NCBI GenBank assembly: GCA_046318155.1
Contig: JBKCUU010000089.1
Span: forward strand, 1 to 60,929
Direction: 5' to 3'
Length of the DNA: 60,929 nt
Origin: Bdellovibrio sp.
GTDB taxonomy: Bacteria > Bdellovibrionota > Bdellovibrionia > Bdellovibrionales > Bdellovibrionaceae
Below, one piece after another: positions 55,546 to 60,929 of the stretch. The notes under the pieces are model-generated. The model did not search any database and was not told the origin of the DNA. It saw nothing but the letters and a program-made list of their open reading frames with translations. Each line of letters opens with the position of its first letter. Position 1 is the first letter of the stretch. Made by a program: the position numbers and the translations under genes.

Positions 55546-58395
55546 TTAGCTCAAAGCCGTCACACATTTGGGGCAAACTCCAGGAAATCGGGAATGAACG
55601 CCAATTTTAGTGGAGTAGGTCCAGCAACGAACACACTTCTCGCCCGCTGCCTTTTGAGCATGAACGCTCAAGGGTCCTTTGTCTAGTCGCACTTCAGAAA
55701 CGATGAGAAATTCGCGTAGTCCTGCATAGTTTTGCAAGAGTCCCAGCAAATCTTCATCGGCATTGATTGTGACACAGGCTTCGAGACTGGCGCCAATCGT
55801 TTTTTGCGCGCGGAGTTCTTCAAGTTGTTTTTGCGCGATTGAACGCACATTCAAAAACTTCTCGAAGCGATCCGTCAAGGCTTTGTTCTTCCACAATTCA
55901 GGTGCTTTCGGAAAGCCCTGCAAGAAGACGCTCTCGCTGCGAGGATCTTTCGAGTACGCGTAGACTTCTTCAGCCAAGAACGACAACACGGGGGCCATCA
56001 TGCGAACAAGGTAATCGGTCATCAAGAACAAGACGGTCTGACTTGACCTGCGCTCAACGCCATCCACTTTCCATGTGTAGAGGCGGTCCTTCAGGATATC
56101 CAGGTAGGTGGCCGAGAGGTCAACGGTGAAGAACTGATTGAGCGCGTGGTACACTTTGTAAAACGAATACTCATCGTAGGCGCTGGTGACATTGTCAGTT
56201 AAAGTCGCCAAGCGAGACAGAGCCCACTGATCGATCTCGGTCATTTTCTCATACGGAACTTGATCTTTGGCGGGATCAAAATCATTCGTTGCGCCTAACA
56301 TGAAGCGCATGGTGTTCCGGATACGGCGGTAGGTTTCAGTAACTCGGTCAAGCAAGTCGGGGCCGCAGGTTAAATCCTGACCGTAATCTTCATAGATGCA
56401 CCACAAACGTAAAATCTCAGCACCCGATTTGTTCGAGACGTCTGCGGGCTCGACCGAATTGCCTTTTGATTTCGACATCTTCAAACCTTGGGCATCGTTG
56501 ACAAAACCGTGCGTGAGCAAAGCTTTAAAAGGCGGAACGCCGTTTGTCGCCATGGATGACAACAGCGAGGTGTTGAACCAGCCGCGGTGCTGATCCGAAC
56601 CTTCAAGATAAATATCAGCTGGAACCGCGAGGCCATCACGTTTGCGCTGAACGGCCGCGTGGCAAACGCCCGAGTCAAACCAAACATCTAAAATATCCAG
56701 CCCATGGCGAAAGCCCTCAGAGCCGAAATCGCCTTCGGGTTTAAAGTTGCCGATGAAGAATTCGGGCGTGTGCTTGTAGTAAGCATCAATGCCGCCCTCT
56801 TTTTCCATGGTGTCGGCGACTTTCATCATGATCTCCAAGCGAGCCAGGGGCTTGTCGGTTTTTTTGCAATAAAAAATCGGGATGGGAACGCCCCACGTCC
56901 GTTGACGGCTCACGCACCAGTCGGGCCGGCCCTCCATCATCGATCGCAGGCGCGCTTCACCCCACGAAGGAAAGAACTCGACGTCATCCAAAGCTTTGAG
57001 TGTCTTGCTGCGGATTTGGCTGTTCTCAAGATCAAGACCCAAAAACCATTGCGGTGTCGCTCGAAAAATGAGCGGCGTTTTTGAACGCCAGCAGTGAGGG
57101 TAGCTGTGTTCAAATTCTTTGAATGAGAGCAAAGTGCCATCAGTTTTGAGGCGCTCCACAATCAAAGGATTGGCTTTAAAAACATTCACACCTTGGTACT
57201 CGGGAACTTCCTCGGTGTAAGTTCCGTTGGGTCCTACGGGGCTCAAAATCGGCAGACCATATTTCATCCCAACGCGGTAATCGTCGGCGCCGTGCCCAGG
57301 AGCCGTGTGAACACAGCCCGTTCCCGCTTCGAGTGAAACGTGATCGCCCAGCATGATCAAAGAGTCGCGGTCATAAAAAGGATGACGGGCTTTGCCCAGA
57401 TCTAAATCAGCACCCTTAAATGTGCCGACCGATTTAAGAGACAAACCTGTTTCTTTCTCGACGGCTTCTTGCAACTTGCTCGCAACAACGAGGTACTCAG
57501 TACCGCCTGAAGGCTTTTCAGCTGCGAACACGCCGTACTCGAAATCAGCATTGAGGGCGATCCCTAAGTTCGAAGGCAATGTCCATGGCGTCGTCGTCCA
57601 GATCACCATTGAAACATTTTGAGCTGAAACATTTTGAGCGACGGCTTTGTCCGTCACATTGGCCGCGATCTTCTTTATCGTATCCGGGTCTTTGACGGGA
57701 AACTTCACATAGACCGAAGGGCTTCGGTGTTGGTGGTACTCAACTTCGGCATCGGCCAGAGCTGTTTGCAAAGTCCAGTTCCAGTAAACGGGCTTTGTCC
57801 CTAAATAAACGACGCCCTTTTCGAATGCGCGCGCGAATTCACGCACCTCTTCGGCCTCGTAGTCTGCCGACATGGTGATGTAAGGCTGATCCCAATCAGC
57901 CAAGACTCCTAAACGCATGAATTGTTCGCGCTGAGTGTTGATCCACTTCTGAGCTTCGGCACGGCAAAGCGCACGGATTTGCTCATTGGTTTTTTCTTTG
58001 GCTTCTTTGCCCAAGTTTTTCATCACGGCGTGTTCGATCGGCAACCCGTGGCAGTCCCAGCCCGGGATAAAGGGGGCGTGAAACCCATTCATGTTCTTGT
58101 ACTTGATGATGATGTCTTTAAGCGTTTTGTTCAGCGCATGCCCGATATGAATATTGCCATTGGCGTAAGGCGGTCCATCCGGAAGAACAAACGGCGTCCG
58201 ACCTTGATTGGCTTTGAGCATTTTTTGATAAATTTGTCCGTCGATCCATTTTTTGATGATCTCGGGCTCGCGCACGGGGAGATTGCCCTTCATCGGAAAA
58301 TCAGTCATGGGGAGACGGACGGTGCTCTTGTAGTCGGGAGTCGTCGAATTCGGTGAATCGCTGGGCGGATGGGTCGGTGTCTTCGTCATAGGCAT
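55546..58395 (-). CDS. ileS: Isoleucyl-tRNA synthetase (type 1)
   Basis: HIGH, GWDCHGLPIE, WTTTPWT, KMSKS, C-terminal zinc finger. Confidence 0.98.
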   Translation of the reverse strand: MPMTKTPTHPPSDSPNSTTPDYKSTVRLPMTDFPMKGNLPVREPEIIKKWIDGQIYQKMLKANQGRTPFVLPDGPPYANGNIHIGHALNKTLKDIIIKYKNMNGFHAPFIPGWDCHGLPIEHAVMKNLGKEAKEKTNEQIRALCRAEAQKWINTQREQFMRLGVLADWDQPYITMSADYEAEEVREFARAFEKGVVYLGTKPVYWNWTLQTALADAEVEYHQHRSPSVYVKFPVKDPDTIKKIAANVTDKAVAQNVSAQNVSMVIWTTTPWTLPSNLGIALNADFEYGVFAAEKPSGGTEYLVVASKLQEAVEKETGLSLKSVGTFKGADLDLGKARHPFYDRDSLIMLGDHVSLEAGTGCVHTAPGHGADDYRVGMKYGLPILSPVGPNGTYTEEVPEYQGVNVFKANPLIVERLKTDGTLLSFKEFEHSYPHCWRSKTPLIFRATPQWFLGLDLENSQIRSKTLKALDDVEFFPSWGEARLRSMMEGRPDWCVSRQRTWGVPIPIFYCKKTDKPLARLEIMMKVADTMEKEGGIDAYYKHTPEFFIGNFKPEGDFGSEGFRHGLDILDVWFDSGVCHAAVQRKRDGLAVPADIYLEGSDQHRGWFNTSLLSSMATNGVPPFKALLTHGFVNDAQGLKMSKSKGNSVEPADVSNKSGAEILRLWCIYEDYGQDLTCGPDLLDRVTETYRRIRNTMRFMLGATNDFDPAKDQVPYEKMTEIDQWALSRLATLTDNVTSAYDEYSFYKVYHALNQFFTVDLSATYLDILKDRLYTWKVDGVERRSSQTVLFLMTDYLVRMMAPVLSFLAEEVYAYSKDPRSESVFLQGFPKAPELWKNKALTDRFEKFLNVRSIAQKQLEELRAQKTIGASLEACVTINADEDLLGLLQNYAGLREFLIVSEVRLDKGPLSVHAQKAAGEKCVRCWTYSTKIGVHSRFPGVCPKCVTALS

Positions 58396-58447
58396 TTAGG
58401 TCTACCTAAACGCGGCTCTTTTGAAAAGGCCAAGAGACATCAAATCT

Positions 58448-59083
58448 TTATTTGTCACTCATAAGGGATTTCAGCTTGGTATGTCCCACTGAAATCAGAA
58501 GGCGGAATGCCTCAGTTTCACTGCTGAGATTCATTTGATTTTTGACTTCCTGAATCATCAGCCAAGAACGTGTGTCCAAGTCTGGAAACAATTGTCTGGT
58601 TGCCGTCACGGGAAGTGACTCTGGATTTTCGGCGGGCGCGGGTGCGGGTGCGGGCGCAGAACTCGCTCGCGTGGGTGGCGGGGGTGTGATTTGAGCCTGC
58701 GCAAGCATTTGAGTGCGGTGAGATTGAGCCTGCGCACTGGCTGTCGGTTGACTCATGTTGGTCGAGCCCGACGCTGAACTGTATCCACTCAGTCCGGGCA
58801 AAGGGGCTTGATGAGTGGAGTGAGTTTCGGGAGGACGCATTTCAACCACTTCAAATTCTCCCATCATACCGGCCAAATTTTTGAGTTCCTTTTTGAAATT
58901 CTGAATACTGGGCCGCTCCAGGGCGCTGTCACCCTGAAGCTTGGCTTTTAAAAATAGACTCACCAAAATATCTGGGTTGCTGGCGATCTCTTTGATGTTG
59001 CCATTTTGGTGCTGCAGCCACTGGTAAGCTTTGACCAGCGTCTCTTTCGTATAAGCCTGAGGTGGAAGTGGATTCATCGTCAT
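58448..59083 (-). CDS. Hypothetical cytoplasmic protein (two small domains joined by a Pro/Ala/Gln-rich linker)
   Basis: 211 aa ORF co-oriented with ileS; TTGAAT-N17-TACTTT just upstream. Confidence 0.7.
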   Translation of the reverse strand: MTMNPLPPQAYTKETLVKAYQWLQHQNGNIKEIASNPDILVSLFLKAKLQGDSALERPSIQNFKKELKNLAGMMGEFEVVEMRPPETHSTHQAPLPGLSGYSSASGSTNMSQPTASAQAQSHRTQMLAQAQITPPPPTRASSAPAPAPAPAENPESLPVTATRQLFPDLDTRSWLMIQEVKNQMNLSSETEAFRLLISVGHTKLKSLMSDK

Positions 59084-59244
59084 GTGCGGGATGAAAAAGT
59101 ATCGACGGCCCCCAGTCTATTCAAGGCAAATTGCGGGATGAGCACGCGCACAAAAAAGAAGCAGGCCAAGATTCCTCTTGACCCGCGGGTAATGGATGCC
59201 AATTTCAGGCTCTGTTGCTCGGTTTCTGAGCATGACCCAGAAAG

Positions 59245-60783
59245 TTAGTGAGAAAAGTCCTTGGCGACGATGCCGTATTTTTCAATTTTTCTTAAAAGCG
59301 TTTTTTTCGGAATGTTCGCGTGCAAAGCCGTCTGATTGATCCGGCCTTTAAAGGTCTTGAGCGCCTTCACGATAAACTCTTTTTCGAACGCTTCTTTTTG
59401 GGCGTTGAAGTCCAGAGTTCCGATGGCCGAAGGGTCAATCCCGGAAGCGTCAATCCCAGAAGCGTCATCGTCTTCCAAATCAACGTCGATCTCCGTCTCC
59501 ATCCCATCGTCTTCGTCCGTCAGGCCCGTCGACACGCGAGTCATGGGGATGCTCGGGCCAGAAGGCATCATAGGAGCGGGCGAAGTCACTTCGGGGAGAA
59601 CTGTACCCGTTGCGTCCAAGACAAGCTCGGGCAAAGAGCTCAAAGTCAGGACATTCGAGCTTTCCATGATAAACGCGTGTTCGATCACGTTTTCGAGCTC
59701 ACGAATGTTGCCGGGCCAGTCGTACTTTTTGAGGACGTTCAGGGCGTCGGCACTGACTGATGTGATCCGTTTGCCGTGCGACTGATTGAACTTGCGGATA
59801 AACATATGGATCAAGTGATCAACGTCATCTTTACGGTCAATGAGCGAAGGCAAGAAGATTGGAATCACGTTCAAGCGATAGAACAGATCCTCGCGGAAGC
59901 TGCCGGCCTTCATCATTTCTTCAAGCGGTCGATTGGTCGCAGCGATGATGCGAACGTTAGTTGAAATCTCGCGGTTGGCACCCACGGGAACAAACATTTT
60001 TTCTTGCAGCACGCGCAAGAGTTTGACTTGCATCAATACGGGCATGTCACCCACTTCATCCAAGAACAAAGTTCCACCTTCAGCGAACTGAAATTTTCCG
60101 ATTTTGCGTTGATCAGCGCCGGTGAATGAGCCTTTTTCGTGCCCAAACAATTCGGACTCAAACAAATTTTCGGGGATCGCCGAGCAATTGATCGCCACGA
60201 ACTTGCCGTCTTTGCGAGCCGAGTTGAAGTGAATGGCGCGAGCGACCAACTCTTTACCCGTACCCGAAGCGCCGCGAATCAAAACAGGCGTGTCGACTTT
60301 GCTGAGGCGGTGAATCACGTTGAATACTTTTTTCATCTGCGTATTCTGGCCGATGAACTTGCGTCCTTCTTGCATCAAGACGGGTGCGCTGAATGCGACA
60401 TTCGAAATCAAAGTTTGAGCGGCCACCGCACGATCAACCAATGCGATGAGATCGTCACCAACGACGGGTTTAGAAAGGTAATTGTAAGCGCCATCTTTGA
60501 CGGCCATCACGGCGTGATCAATTGAAGCAAAGGCCGTCATCATGATCACGACGACACCGGGGTTGAATTCTTTAATTTGCTTGAGAGCTTCGAGGCCGTT
60601 CATGCGAGGCATATCAACGTCGAGGATGGCGACATCAATGGCCGCACCTTCGGCTTTGATTCTTTCGAGGGCGTTGACCCCATCAAAGGCCTCTTGGACG
60701 TGGTAACGGCCGGTCGACGAGAGCGCCGATTTGACCGACAGCCGCAGACCTTGATCGTCATCAGCAACAAGAATACGAATCAT
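59245..60783 (-). CDS. Sigma54-dependent response regulator with long acidic pre-HTH linker
   Basis: Receiver DVDMP, GASGTGKE, GSFTGA, FLDEVG, WPGNIRELEN, HTH. Confidence 0.95.
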   Translation of the reverse strand: MIRILVADDDQGLRLSVKSALSSTGRYHVQEAFDGVNALERIKAEGAAIDVAILDVDMPRMNGLEALKQIKEFNPGVVVIMMTAFASIDHAVMAVKDGAYNYLSKPVVGDDLIALVDRAVAAQTLISNVAFSAPVLMQEGRKFIGQNTQMKKVFNVIHRLSKVDTPVLIRGASGTGKELVARAIHFNSARKDGKFVAINCSAIPENLFESELFGHEKGSFTGADQRKIGKFQFAEGGTLFLDEVGDMPVLMQVKLLRVLQEKMFVPVGANREISTNVRIIAATNRPLEEMMKAGSFREDLFYRLNVIPIFLPSLIDRKDDVDHLIHMFIRKFNQSHGKRITSVSADALNVLKKYDWPGNIRELENVIEHAFIMESSNVLTLSSLPELVLDATGTVLPEVTSPAPMMPSGPSIPMTRVSTGLTDEDDGMETEIDVDLEDDDASGIDASGIDPSAIGTLDFNAQKEAFEKEFIVKALKTFKGRINQTALHANIPKKTLLRKIEKYGIVAKDFSH

Positions 60784-60929
60784 GGAACCTCCACCCAGGC
60801 AGACGTAAATCAGTCCTACCCCGCGGCAGTTATCTCCTAACTGTCAAGAATTCTCAAGCCGGTTAAGGTTGTCGGGAGACAGCTGAGGGCTCAAATCTGA
60901 CGGATTAAGTCTGACGGAGCGGCAGATCC

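Noticed and set aside
1..60929. tRNA, rRNA, prophage, integrase or transposase
   Set aside because: None recognised by eye; tRNAscan and Rfam searches were not run, so small RNAs could be missed

Overview
A gene-dense bacterial chromosomal segment, most likely from a Bdellovibrio-like predator (Bdellovibrionota). This is inferred from gene content and order, not proven. Left to right: the 3' part of a DEAD-box helicase, an S8/PA lipoprotein protease, a TolB-like lipoprotein, mutY and speB; a sigma54 two-component locus with a cNMP-domain gene; a cell-wall cluster (mpaA, glmU, glmS, mltF, polysaccharide deacetylase) with tdk, trmFO, dciA-like and bcp; an mlaEFD-type operon; a ~16 kb flagellar operon (TPR protein, degenerate enhancer-binding protein, flgBC-fliEFGHIJ, MotE-like, fliK-flgD, TIGR02530-like, flgE); an accessory HEXXH-protein pair; livKHMGF, pfkA, HU, yacG, lgt-lspA-ileS and a second sigma54 regulator. 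I saw no rRNA, tRNA, CRISPR array, transposase or prophage. The most notable signals are a multi-hairpin flgE leader ending in a consensus CsrA-type hairpin over the SD (with a second GGA-loop hairpin at the operon head), a dispersed hairpin repeat, an apparent pseudokinase, an apparent pseudo-bEBP, an AMIN/TPR putative motor-scaffold gene, and a putative sigma28-driven leaderless HEXXH pair. All calls are from reading the sequence by eye; no searches were run.
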